Source of the DNA: Candidatus Saccharimonadota bacterium
Lineage (GTDB): Bacteria > Patescibacteriota > Saccharimonadia > Saccharimonadales > JAXHNE01
Length of the DNA: 43,684 nucleotides
NCBI GenBank assembly: GCA_034520885.1
Contig: JAXHNE010000001.1
Coordinates: forward strand, 1-43,684
Direction of reading: 5' to 3'
This document shows positions 34,144-42,465 of this stretch, one piece after another; the first letter of the stretch is position 1, and every line of letters begins with the position of its first letter. Position numbers and translations under genes: made by a program. The notes below the pieces were generated by a model. It was not told the origin of the DNA. It did no database searches and saw only the letters and a list, made by a program, of their open reading frames with translations.

Positions 34144-34244
34144 ATGTCTCACTGCGTTCAACATTCGCGCAATGAAAAACGAGTAGTGAGCAGTGGCTTC
34201 TCTGTTTTTGTTGTCTGCTGACGACCAACGAAAGGAGACCTTTC
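34144..34244 (+). other. Degenerate spacer element; mini-ORF stops early at 34221 in an error-rich zone
   Basis: 5' hairpin AATGT-ctcactgcgttca-ACATT and 3' block CGACCAACGAAAGGAG. Confidence 0.55.
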
Positions 34245-35092
34245 ATGAGTCTGAAACAGTACAAGCCGACTACTCCCTGCTGCTGGCAATGCACCGGTTA
34301 GGGTTTACAGAGCTTACGCCAATAAACGGTGAAGAGTTTGCTACGTGCCAAAAAACAAAACAGCGGCCGCAACAACCAGGGGCGAATCACCACCCGTCAT
34401 CGCGGCGGCGGCGTAAAACGCTTTTACCGCGTGGTTAACTTTAACCTTGCTCCGGGCACGACCGCGACGGTGGAACACATTGAATACGACCCCGACCGCA
34501 GCGCCCGCATTGCCCGCTTGAAAGACCAGGACAATCAGTATCACGATACGTATTGGCCGCCAACAAAATGAAGGTCCGGCGATAAGATCGATTCCGGCGA
34601 AGAAGCGCCGCGACCGAAACCGGGAACCGTCTAAGCGCTACAAGACAGATTCGCGCGGGAAGCAATCGTTCACGCCGGTGGAAATGCAGCCCGGATCCGG
34701 TGGGAAGTTGGTTCGTTCGGCCGGTGCCGGCGCCCAATTGGTCGCCAAAGAAGGCAACTACGCCCAGATTAAGCTACCGAGTAGCGAGGTGCGTATGGTG
34801 CACATCAACTGCGGCGCGACAATCGGTGTGGTCGGCAATGAACAGCACCAGAACATGAAGGTCGGAAAGGCCGGACGCGTCCGAGCCAAAGGCCGCCGCC
34901 CGCAAGTACGCGGCATTGTCATGAACGCGGCCGATCACCCGCACGGTGGTGGAGATGGTGGCTCGCACGGTGTTGGCCGCGACCCACGCACACCATGGGG
35001 CCAGAAAACACTGGGATACAAGACCCGCAAGCGGATCCAAGCAAAGTAATAAGTTTATCGTGCGCAGCAGACACGTAAGAAAGAGGAAGTAA
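34245..35092 (+). CDS. rplB: 50S ribosomal protein L2 (several apparent indels)
   Basis: [46 protein letters not shown]. Confidence 0.96.
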
Positions 35093-35094
35093 CT

Positions 35095-35340
35095 ATGGCT
35101 GTAAAAGAAAGATTAGCCGAAACTATGGATGTTGCCAAAAATCTACTCGATCATTTGGCGGATGAATCCCCACATTTTGAAGGTGGGTTAACCGGCGGAA
35201 GACAAGCAGCTCGAGAAATCGAAGCGTTTTCGCCAGCTGAAGCAATGGACGCATATTTGACATCTGATGATCCGTCAGATTTCAGACTGGGGTTTGCATT
35301 GGGGTTTTATGTGGAAAAGTATGAGACAGGTACATTATGA
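35095..35340 (+). CDS. Orphan hypothetical protein between rplB and rpsS
   Basis: 81-aa ORF starting 2 nt after the rplB stop. Confidence 0.6.
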   Translation: MAVKERLAETMDVAKNLLDHLADESPHFEGGLTGGRQAAREIEAFSPAEAMDAYLTSDDPSDFRLGFALGFYVEKYETGTL

Positions 35341-35561
35341 GTAGATTATTCGAAATAGACCAAATTGCTTTCGAAAAAGGATATGCAGATGTGCACCAAG
35401 CCGTTAGTGAGGGTGTCCATATTTCTGAGGTCGAGAACTCACTAGGCCTGGTTGGTTGTGGAATCAGTGGATTTGCCTGTGTATGCAATCAATCGCGTGT
35501 GGGCGAAGAGATCGATATCTATGATTACGTTGATGGAATAAAGAGGCTGAAGCACAAGTGA
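35337..35561 (+). CDS. Orphan hypothetical protein
   Basis: 74-aa ORF, ATGA-coupled to the previous one. Confidence 0.55.
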   Translation: MSRLFEIDQIAFEKGYADVHQAVSEGVHISEVENSLGLVGCGISGFACVCNQSRVGEEIDIYDYVDGIKRLKHK

Positions 35562-35576
35562 TGATGGAGTTTTGTT

Positions 35577-35842
35577 ATGAGATCGCTGAAAAGGGACCGT
35601 TTATTGATCCGAAGTTGGAGAAGAAAGTTCAGGCTTTGGGTAAAGAAGACCGCGACCATCATTAAGACATGGGCGCGCAGTAGTACGATTTCCCGGATTT
35701 CGTTGGCCGCACCATTGCCGTGCATAACGGTAAAGTACATGTTCCCGTCCACGTGACGGAAAACATGGTCGGCCACAAGCTGGGTGAGTTCGCCCCGACC
35801 CGTAAGTTCCGTAAACACGGTGGAAAGTTAGCGAAGGCGTAA
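35577..35842 (+). CDS. rpsS: 30S ribosomal protein S19 (frameshifted)
   Basis: Across frames: [36 protein letters not shown]. Confidence 0.95.
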
Positions 35843-35847
35843 AACGT

Positions 35848-36267
35848 ATGGCAGTTAAAGCAATCGCAAAATCAGTTCGTATGAGCCCCCGCAAAGTCGG
35901 TGTAGTGGCCAGCTTGGTGCGTGGCCGCAGCGTGGCCGACGCGATTACCATTCTGGAGCACACGCCGCGCCGCAGCGCTTTGCCGGTTAAAAAAGTCATT
36001 GAATCCGCTCGCGCCAACGCCGATTATAACCACGGCTATAAACCCGAAACCTTGAAAATTACCGAAATTACCGTCAATGGCGGTCCGAGCTACAAGCGCT
36101 TTAAGCCGATTGCCCGCGGTGGAGCCCACCCCTACCAACTGCGTACCTCACACATTTCCGTTACCGTGGACGGCGAAAAGCGAGCAGCTAAGAGCAATAA
36201 ACCGAAAGCCGAAAGCTCAAAGCTAAAAGCTGGAAGTCAAAAGACGCCAGCAAAGGAGAAGAAGTAA
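35848..36267 (+). CDS. rplV: 50S ribosomal protein L22 with a repeat-derived C-terminal tail
   Basis: RMSPRK, SARANA, RTSHISV. Confidence 0.98.
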   Translation: MAVKAIAKSVRMSPRKVGVVASLVRGRSVADAITILEHTPRRSALPVKKVIESARANADYNHGYKPETLKITEITVNGGPSYKRFKPIARGGAHPYQLRTSHISVTVDGEKRAAKSNKPKAESSKLKAGSQKTPAKEKK

Positions 36268-36518
36268 TGGAAACTAAGAACTGGAAGCAGGCAGGAGACA
36301 GATATTTCGATATGTCGAAACTATTAGTTGATAGTGACGTGCAGCCAGGCTCCTCCCGCTTGGATGCAGTACGCGGAGACAGCGAAGCACGGACCGAGCC
36401 GTATGAATCATACGGTGAAGGGAGTACTGGAGATGACGACAAAGTAATGCGCCAAGAGACTTGGCGAGGTTCTGAGCTTGGCTCAGAAACTGGCCAAGGC
36501 GGCGGAGGAGACTGGTAA
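36267..36518 (+). other. Palindromic-element ORF (83 aa), TAATG-coupled at both ends
   Basis: Shares CCGCTTGGATGCAG and CGAGCCGTA..TACGGTGAAG with 38440-38733. Confidence 0.7.
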
Positions 36519-37150
36519 TGGGACAGAAAGTTAATCCAATCAGCATGCGCCTACAAGTCAATAAGGATTGGCGCAGCAAATGGTTCGCCAATAAGCGTGA
36601 TTACGCGGAATACCTGACGCAAGACCTCAAGGTGCGCCGTTATATCAAGAATAAACTCGGATCACGAGCCGCGATTAACAATATTGATATTGAGCGCTCA
36701 CCGAACTTGGTCAACGTAACCATATCTACCGCGAAAGCCGGTGTGGTCATTGGCCGTGGTGGCGCGGGCGTACAAGAGCTGAAAGACGCCATTGAAAAAA
36801 TTTACGGCGTGCAAGTGCGCGTAAATATCGAGGAAGTCAAAAAGCCCGAACTGTACGCACAGTTAGTCGCCGAAAACATCGCTCATCAAATTGAGCGGCG
36901 TATCTCTTGGCGCCGAGCCATTAAATCGACCGCGGCCGCGACCATGCGAGCCGGGGCGAAAGGTATTCGTATTGAAGTATCCGGCCGATTGGGCGGCGCG
37001 GAGATGTCCCGACGTGAAAAAGAAGTCCAAGGAAGCGTGCCGCTCCATACGGTACGCGCCAATATTGATTACCACGCGGCCCGAGCGCAATATCCCGGAG
37101 CCGGTGTTGTCGGCGTAAAAGTGTGGATTTATAAAGGGGAGAATCAATGA
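36518..37150 (+). CDS. rpsC: 30S ribosomal protein S3
   Basis: MGQKVNP, SGRLGGAEMSR, GVKVWIY. Confidence 0.99.
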   Translation: MGQKVNPISMRLQVNKDWRSKWFANKRDYAEYLTQDLKVRRYIKNKLGSRAAINNIDIERSPNLVNVTISTAKAGVVIGRGGAGVQELKDAIEKIYGVQVRVNIEEVKKPELYAQLVAENIAHQIERRISWRRAIKSTAAATMRAGAKGIRIEVSGRLGGAEMSRREKEVQGSVPLHTVRANIDYHAARAQYPGAGVVGVKVWIYKGENQ

Positions 37151-37311
37151 TGTTTCGTTTCACTCAACATCAGAGCACGGAGCACGGAGCAAGGAGCAAG
37201 GAATTTTTCACTGCTCATCAAGCGTTATCACTGCTCAGTAATCAGTGTTCAGTACACGGATTACAGACAACAGACAACGGATCACGACAACTGGAGGTTG
37301 TACTATGTTGA
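37147..37311 (+). other. Heptamer-hairpin spacer / coupled mini-ORF (54 aa, MMFRFTQHQ...)
   Basis: ATGA overlap with rpsC; stop overlaps the rplP start; GATGTT/AACATC hairpin and GAGCAnG repeats. Confidence 0.8.
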
Positions 37312-37718
37312 TGCCGAAGAAAACCAAGTACCGAAAAGTCCGCAAAGGCGTTATCAAGGGCAAGGCGACCAAAGGCCATTACATTGCTCACGGTGACTAT
37401 GCTTTGCAGAGCCTGGAAATGGATCGCGTGACGTCACGGCAAATTGAGTCGGCGCGTCAGGCCATGACCCGCTACATTAAGCGTGGCGGTAAAATTTGGA
37501 TTCGTATCTTTCCGCACACACCGGTAAGCAAGAAGCCCCAGGACGTAAAAATGGGGAGCGGTAAAGGCAACCCCGAGTATTTCGTGGCCAAGGTTCGTCC
37601 CGGCACCATTTTGTTCGAGATGCAAGGTGTTCCGGAGGCGACGGCACGCGAGGCCATGCGACTCGCCGGGAACAAGTTACCGGTAAAGACCCGCTTTATC
37701 GTGAAGGAGAATGCATGA
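37305..37718 (+). CDS. rplP: 50S ribosomal protein L16
   Basis: [34 protein letters not shown] before ATG 37305. Confidence 0.99.
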   Translation: MLMPKKTKYRKVRKGVIKGKATKGHYIAHGDYALQSLEMDRVTSRQIESARQAMTRYIKRGGKIWIRIFPHTPVSKKPQDVKMGSGKGNPEYFVAKVRPGTILFEMQGVPEATAREAMRLAGNKLPVKTRFIVKENA

Positions 37719-37840
37719 TGTTTCGTTACGTTCAACATCGGAATATGGAATATGAAATATGGAATATATCCGTATTTTATAAGACGTTACTTTCCATTTT
37801 CCGCTTTTCACCTTCCGTAACGACGAAAGGAGTTGCTTGA
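37715..37840 (+). other. Heptamer-hairpin spacer / coupled mini-ORF (41 aa, MMFRYVQHR...)
   Basis: ATGA and TGATG overlaps; GGAATAT repeats against TTCC repeats; CGACGAAAGGAG end block. Confidence 0.8.
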
Positions 37841-38040
37841 TGAAAGTCGTAGAAATTCGAAAACTATCAACCGATGGGCTTACCAAACAAAGCACCGCTT
37901 TGCGCGAAGAAATTGCAGAGCTAAAACGTCGCCTGCACTCCGGTGAGGTGCAAAACGTACGCGCTATTCGAGCCAAGCGCAAAGATCTGGCACGCGTACT
38001 TACCGTACTTGGCGAACAACTCAGAGAGGAGGCAGTATGA
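37840..38040 (+). CDS. rpmC: 50S ribosomal protein L29
   Basis: EIRKLS...RKDLARVLTV; position between rplP and rpsQ. Confidence 0.93.
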   Translation: MKVVEIRKLSTDGLTKQSTALREEIAELKRRLHSGEVQNVRAIRAKRKDLARVLTVLGEQLREEAV

Positions 38041-38156
38041 TGTTTCGTTACACGCAACATTGGAGCAAGGAGCAAGGAGCAAGGAGCAAAGAATTTTTCA
38101 CCGCTCACTACTCAGGACTCACTGCTCAGCGACTGAAAGGAGCATATCATGGGTAA
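38037..38156 (+). other. Heptamer-hairpin spacer / coupled mini-ORF (39 aa, MMFRYTQHW...QRLKGAYHG)
   Basis: ATGA overlap; stop overlaps the rpsQ start; GGAGCAA x4 against RCTCA repeats. Confidence 0.8.
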
Positions 38157-38443
38157 AACATTACGAGGTGTCGTCGTATCGGAAAAAGGTGATAAGACCA
38201 TTGTGGTTCGTATTCAAAACAGCAAGACACATCCCATTTACCACAAACAGTTTTTCGTGTCCCGCAATATCATGGCGCATGATGAAAAAAATGAAGCGCA
38301 CGAAGGCGACACGGTGACTATCACGGAAACCAAGCCGGTGAGCGCCCGCAAACGTTTCGCCCTGAAAAAAGTGGTAACAACCGCGGGAATTGAACACGTT
38401 GAACCAGAACCTGCCGTTACGGTCGAAGAGGAACGAAGGATGA
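38149..38443 (+). CDS. rpsQ: 30S ribosomal protein S17 (as given, reads in-frame on to 38733)
   Basis: GVVVSEKGDKTIVV, HPIY, AHDE, ETKPVS.RKRF. Confidence 0.95.
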
Positions 38444-38733
38444 GTAACAAGCAACAGGCGATAAGCGGTACGGCTGTGAATCAACTCGTTCTCGAGCCAG
38501 ATTCTTTCCGCTTGGATGCAGCGCAAGGAAGCGACAAAGCGCGGAATGGTAAGGCTCAGCACTTTTCTGAGCTTGTGAGTGCAAGGCGCCCGCGAAAGGC
38601 ACAACGAGCCGTACTTCAACGTACGGTGAAGCGAGCATTGCAGTTGGCAACGCAGCAGTCGCGGCTACGAACTGCGGATTTGTGTGCTTTGCTCACAAAC
38701 AGGCAGTTCAGACAGAAAAGGGCTAAAGTATGA
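38440..38733 (+). other. Palindromic-element ORF, in frame with rpsQ and ATGA-coupled to rplN
   Basis: Shares two blocks with 36267-36518. Confidence 0.65.
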
Positions 38734-39098
38734 TTCAGCAAGAATCACGCTTAACCGTCTGCGACAACAGTGGCGCCCGCGAAATACTATGTATTCGCGT
38801 GTTGGGCGGAACTCGCCGCCGGTACGCTAAAGTCGGTGACGTTATTACGGCGACCGTAAAAGAAGCTACTCCCGGCGGTACCGTCAAGAAGAAGAGCGTC
38901 GTAAAAGCCGTGGTCGTTCGCTCCCGCGATGGCATTCGCCGCAAAGACGGATCGACCATCAAGTTTGACGACAACGCCGCGGTAATCATTGCTGATGATA
39001 AAAACCCCAAGGCGACTCGTATTTTCGGTCCCGTTCCGCGCGAATTGCGCGATATGGGATACGCGAAAATTATTAGCCTTGCACCGGAGGTTTTGTAA
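38730..39098 (+). CDS. rplN: 50S ribosomal protein L14
   Basis: [27 protein letters not shown]. Confidence 0.99.
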   Translation: MIQQESRLTVCDNSGAREILCIRVLGGTRRRYAKVGDVITATVKEATPGGTVKKKSVVKAVVVRSRDGIRRKDGSTIKFDDNAAVIIADDKNPKATRIFGPVPRELRDMGYAKIISLAPEVL

Positions 39099-39436
39099 TG
39101 AGTGTTGGAGAAGGACTGGAGCGGACACCAATGATGCGAGAACCCAGAGCTGTTAAATCTAAAATTAATTCCATTCAACACAACAGTGCATTGAACTCAC
39201 TACATGACTGGTTAAGAATGCAAGGCCTAGAAGGTGACGATATAAAGGTGGCATTTCATGGTTTTAGACGAGGACTTCGATACTATGACGGGCAAGAAGC
39301 TGAGGTTGATGAAACTTTTCGAGGGTCTCTCGTTCTAGACACGGAAAAAACTGAAGACTTTTGGAAATACAATGGAGTCGGTGAGTTAGTTTCAAGGATA
39401 CTTCGTGATACACACCAAGGAGCTGAAGATGAGTAA
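39098..39436 (+). CDS. Orphan hypothetical protein between rplN and rplX
   Basis: 112-aa ORF overlapping both neighbours. Confidence 0.65.
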   Translation: MSVGEGLERTPMMREPRAVKSKINSIQHNSALNSLHDWLRMQGLEGDDIKVAFHGFRRGLRYYDGQEAEVDETFRGSLVLDTEKTEDFWKYNGVGELVSRILRDTHQGAEDE

Positions 39437-39758
39437 AATATTTAAGATCAAGCTGAAGAAGGGCGACAATGTGATGGTGCGCGCCGGAAAGCACAAAGGC
39501 AAGACCGGTAAGGTCGCTGAAGTTCATCCAAAGTTGAATGCCGTGACAGTTGAAGGTATTAATATTGTCAAGAAGCATCAAAAGCCGAATCGCGCACATC
39601 CCCAAGGTGGAATTTTAGAGATCATCAAGCCAATTGCGGTAAGCAAAGTAGCAATTGTTGAGCCAACCAGCAAAAAGCCGAGCAAAATTGGTTTTAAGGT
39701 TGATGAAGAAGGTAATAAAGTTCGTATTTATAAGCGAACCGGAAAGGAGATCAGATGA
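39429..39758 (+). CDS. rplX: 50S ribosomal protein L24
   Basis: KOW motif KKGDNVMVRAGKHKGKTG, VEGIN; AAGGAG SD before ATG 39429. Confidence 0.98.
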   Translation: MSKIFKIKLKKGDNVMVRAGKHKGKTGKVAEVHPKLNAVTVEGINIVKKHQKPNRAHPQGGILEIIKPIAVSKVAIVEPTSKKPSKIGFKVDEEGNKVRIYKRTGKEIR

Positions 39759-39877
39759 TGTTTCGTTTCACTCAACATCAGAGCAAAGCGCAAAGAGCAA
39801 TGAGCAATGAAGCCGCTCAGAACTTCTCTGCCCCCCGATCTCCGATCTTTAAACTTCGACTGAAAGGAGTTCTGTAA
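39755..39877 (+). other. Heptamer spacer / coupled mini-ORF (40 aa, MMFRFTQHQ...RLKGVL)
   Basis: ATGA and TAATG overlaps; first 31 nt identical to the 37147 element. Confidence 0.8.
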
Positions 39878-40542
39878 TGGCGACGAAAGCGGAAAGCCCA
39901 AAGCCGAAAGCCGAAAGCAAGACAGCCCAAAGCTCAAAGCCGAAAGCTGAAAGCAAAGTGGCAAAGAAACCAGCGAATAAAGCCGGTGCTTATTCTCCAC
40001 GCTTAAAACGGTTGTACGAGAGCACTTACAAATCCGAGCTTCGCAAAGAACTTGAATTGAAGAACACTAACCAAGTACCCAAACTGGAGAAGGTCGTTCT
40101 TAACGTTGGCCTCGGGAAATCCAAGGACGACAAGCGTATGATGGAAGTCGCCGAAAATACCCTGACCAAAATCACCGGCCAAAAACCGGTGGATACCATG
40201 GCCAAGAAATCCATTGCCGGCTTTAAGCTGCGCGAAGGCAATAAGATCGGCTTGAAGGTAACGTTGCGTGATCAACGCATGTACGAATTCATGGATCGAT
40301 TGATCAACATTGTGCTCCCGCGCCTGCGTGACTTTCACGGCGTGAGTAGTAAGTCATTCGACGCCAACGGGAATTACAGCATTGGGCTGGTTGATCAGTC
40401 CGTGTTTCCGGAACTCAGCTTTGACGAAACCACGCACGCGCACGGTATGCAAGCCGTATTCGTGGTGAAGAGTGAAGACAAAGCCCACGCTCGTGCTTTG
40501 CTGGAAAAGTTCGGCATGCCGTTCGAAAAGGAAGAAGCATGA
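39877..40542 (+). CDS. rplE: 50S ribosomal protein L5 with a repeat-derived N-terminal extension
   Basis: PKLEKVVLNVGLG, ITGQKP, FKLREG, LPRLRDF. Confidence 0.99.
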   Translation: MATKAESPKPKAESKTAQSSKPKAESKVAKKPANKAGAYSPRLKRLYESTYKSELRKELELKNTNQVPKLEKVVLNVGLGKSKDDKRMMEVAENTLTKITGQKPVDTMAKKSIAGFKLREGNKIGLKVTLRDQRMYEFMDRLINIVLPRLRDFHGVSSKSFDANGNYSIGLVDQSVFPELSFDETTHAHGMQAVFVVKSEDKAHARALLEKFGMPFEKEEA

Positions 40543-40670
40543 AATACGAAGTACGAAATAAGAAACAAGCACGAAGCATGAAACCGAGAAGTTTCGGTCT
40601 TCAAATTTCAAATTTGTTTCAGTTTTCAAATTTCAGTCTTCAAAATTTAATTAATAAGAAGGAGTCGTAA
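40539..40670 (+). other. Heptamer-hairpin spacer / coupled mini-ORF (43 aa, MKYEVRNKKQ...)
   Basis: ATGA overlap with rplE; stop 1 nt before rpsN; paralog of 32943-33053. Confidence 0.8.
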
Positions 40671-40671
40671 G

Positions 40672-40941
40672 ATGGCAAGAAAAGCAAATATTGCCCGAGA
40701 CGCTAAGCGACGCCGAATGCATGAGAAGTATGCCGCGAAGCGTGCAGAGCTCAAGAAACTCGGTGATCGCGAGGGTCTGCACAAGCTACCACGCAATAGC
40801 AGCCCTACAAGATTAAAAAACCGGTGCAGTGAAACCGGGCGACCGCACGCCTACATGCGTCAGTTTGGCCTAAGTCGTATAAGTTTTCGTGAACATGCCA
40901 GCAAGGGTGAGATTCCCGGCGTAACGAAGTCGAGTTGGTAA
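40672..40941 (+). CDS. rpsN: 30S ribosomal protein S14, long Zn-independent (C-) type
   Basis: 89 aa; [29 protein letters not shown]; single Cys. Confidence 0.98.
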   Translation: MARKANIARDAKRRRMHEKYAAKRAELKKLGDREGLHKLPRNSSPTRLKNRCSETGRPHAYMRQFGLSRISFREHASKGEIPGVTKSSW

Positions 40942-40946
40942 GGAGT

Positions 40947-41060
40947 ATGAAGATGTTTTACTACGTTCAACACCGGAGCAAGGAGCAAGAAACAAGAAAC
41001 AAGGACTTCACTGCTCACTGCTCACTGCTCACTGCTCAGCGACTGAAAGGAGCGCAATAA
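40947..41060 (+). other. Heptamer-hairpin spacer / coupled mini-ORF (37 aa, MKMFYYVQH...QRLKGAQ)
   Basis: SD overlapping the rpsN stop; GRARCAA x4 against CTGCTCA x4; TAATG overlap with rpsH. Confidence 0.8.
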
Positions 41061-41461
41061 TGTCGAAAGTTTCTACGGAACCCATCGCTGATATGCTGAC
41101 TCGTATTCGCAATGCCATTTTGGTAAGAAAAACCGAAGTATCTTTGCCGCATTCCAACGTCAAGGAGTCGATTGCTACGCTTTTAAAGGACAACGGCTAC
41201 GTTGATGACGTAAAGGTCGGGAAGGCCGAGGTCGGCAAACAGCTGACGATTACTATTAACGACGAAGACAGCAATGCCCGTATTACCGAAATCGCCCGTG
41301 TCAGCAAACCCGGTCGCCGCAACTATAGCAAAGCGACCAAGTTGCCCGTGGCCAAACGCGGACGCGGTATTTACGTAATCAGTACCAGCCAAGGTTTAAT
41401 GACCGACGCCAAAGCCCGTGAACTGGGCGTGGGCGGCGAAGTTATTTGTAAGGTATATTAA
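41060..41461 (+). CDS. rpsH: 30S ribosomal protein S8
   Basis: PIADMLTRIRNA, SKPGRR, STSQG, GGEV. Confidence 0.99.
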   Translation: MSKVSTEPIADMLTRIRNAILVRKTEVSLPHSNVKESIATLLKDNGYVDDVKVGKAEVGKQLTITINDEDSNARITEIARVSKPGRRNYSKATKLPVAKRGRGIYVISTSQGLMTDAKARELGVGGEVICKVY

Positions 41462-41565
41462 AGGAGTTAAAGGTTGAAAGTATAAAGTTCATAAAGTAGA
41501 GGAAAAGCAAAACCTTTTCACTTTCTACATTGCAACTTTAAACTATCTGACCGAAAGGAAGATTT
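41462..41565 (+). repeat. Heptamer-hairpin spacer without an intact mini-ORF
   Basis: AAAGT-type repeats against ACTTT-type repeats; GACCGAAAGGAAG end block. Confidence 0.65.
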
Positions 41566-42105
41566 ATGAGTCGAATAGGAAAACTACCGATCAAAGTTCC
41601 ATCCGGTGTGACAATCACTGTCGACGATGATCACATTACCGTCAGCGGGACGAAAGGAACGCTCACGCAATTTACGATGCCGGGCGTGAACGTTAAGCAC
41701 GAAGGCGACGAAGTGGTCGTGACGCGGGTGAACGACGAACCCAAAAACCGGTCGAAACACGGGTTGATGCGCACGCTCATTAATAATATGGTCGTGGGTG
41801 TCAGCGAAGGATTCAGTAAAAAACTGATACTCAGTGGCGTCGGTTACCGCGTAGCGTTGGCCGGGAACGACCTGAAAATGCAACTCGGGTTGAGTCACGA
41901 GGTGGTGTATCCATTGCCACAAGGCGTTAGTGCCAGTGTTGATCAGAACGAGATTACCATCAGTGGACACGATAAGCAGCAAGTCGGACAAGTCGCCGCG
42001 GAAATTCGTAAACTTAAAAAGCCCGAACCGTACAAAGGCAAAGGAATTGCTTACGAGGGCGAACGGATTCTGCGCAAGTCCGGTAAGTCAGGAAAGGAAG
42101 CGTAA
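41566..42105 (+). CDS. rplF: 50S ribosomal protein L6
   Basis: MSRIGKLPI, GVGYR, PEPYKGKGI. Confidence 0.99.
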   Translation: MSRIGKLPIKVPSGVTITVDDDHITVSGTKGTLTQFTMPGVNVKHEGDEVVVTRVNDEPKNRSKHGLMRTLINNMVVGVSEGFSKKLILSGVGYRVALAGNDLKMQLGLSHEVVYPLPQGVSASVDQNEITISGHDKQQVGQVAAEIRKLKKPEPYKGKGIAYEGERILRKSGKSGKEA

Positions 42106-42108
42106 ATC

Positions 42109-42465
42109 ATGAGTAGACTACAACACACCGCCCGCAACTTGGCCCGCCGCAAGAATCGTATCCGAAAGACCGTTTCCGGTACTTCCCAGCGACCACGTTT
42201 GGTGGTATTCGTCAGCAATCAACACGTTGAAGCGCAAATTATCGATGACACCAAAGGGACTACGTTGGCGCACAGTACGACGGTCGGCCAAAAGGCCGCA
42301 AGCGGTACTATGACGGACAAAGCCGCATGGGTCGGCAATGAAATCGCTAAGCACGCGAAGCAGAAGAAAATTAAACGAGTCGTATTGGACCGCAATGGTC
42401 GGCTGTATCACGGTCGAATCAAAGCGCTGGCCGATGCCGCTCGGGAAGGAGGTCTGGAGCTATAA
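42109..42465 (+). CDS. rplR: 50S ribosomal protein L18
   Basis: [30 protein letters not shown]. Confidence 0.98.
   Translation: MSRLQHTARNLARRKNRIRKTVSGTSQRPRLVVFVSNQHVEAQIIDDTKGTTLAHSTTVGQKAASGTMTDKAAWVGNEIAKHAKQKKIKRVVLDRNGRLYHGRIKALADAAREGGLEL

Noticed and set aside
35095-35110. Orphan start MAVK as a duplicate of the rplV start
   Set aside because: Only four codons, a common N-terminus, and not adjacent to rplV.
33660-35842. Split rplW, rplB and rpsS
   Set aside because: A second local error-rich zone; the conserved motifs continue across frames.
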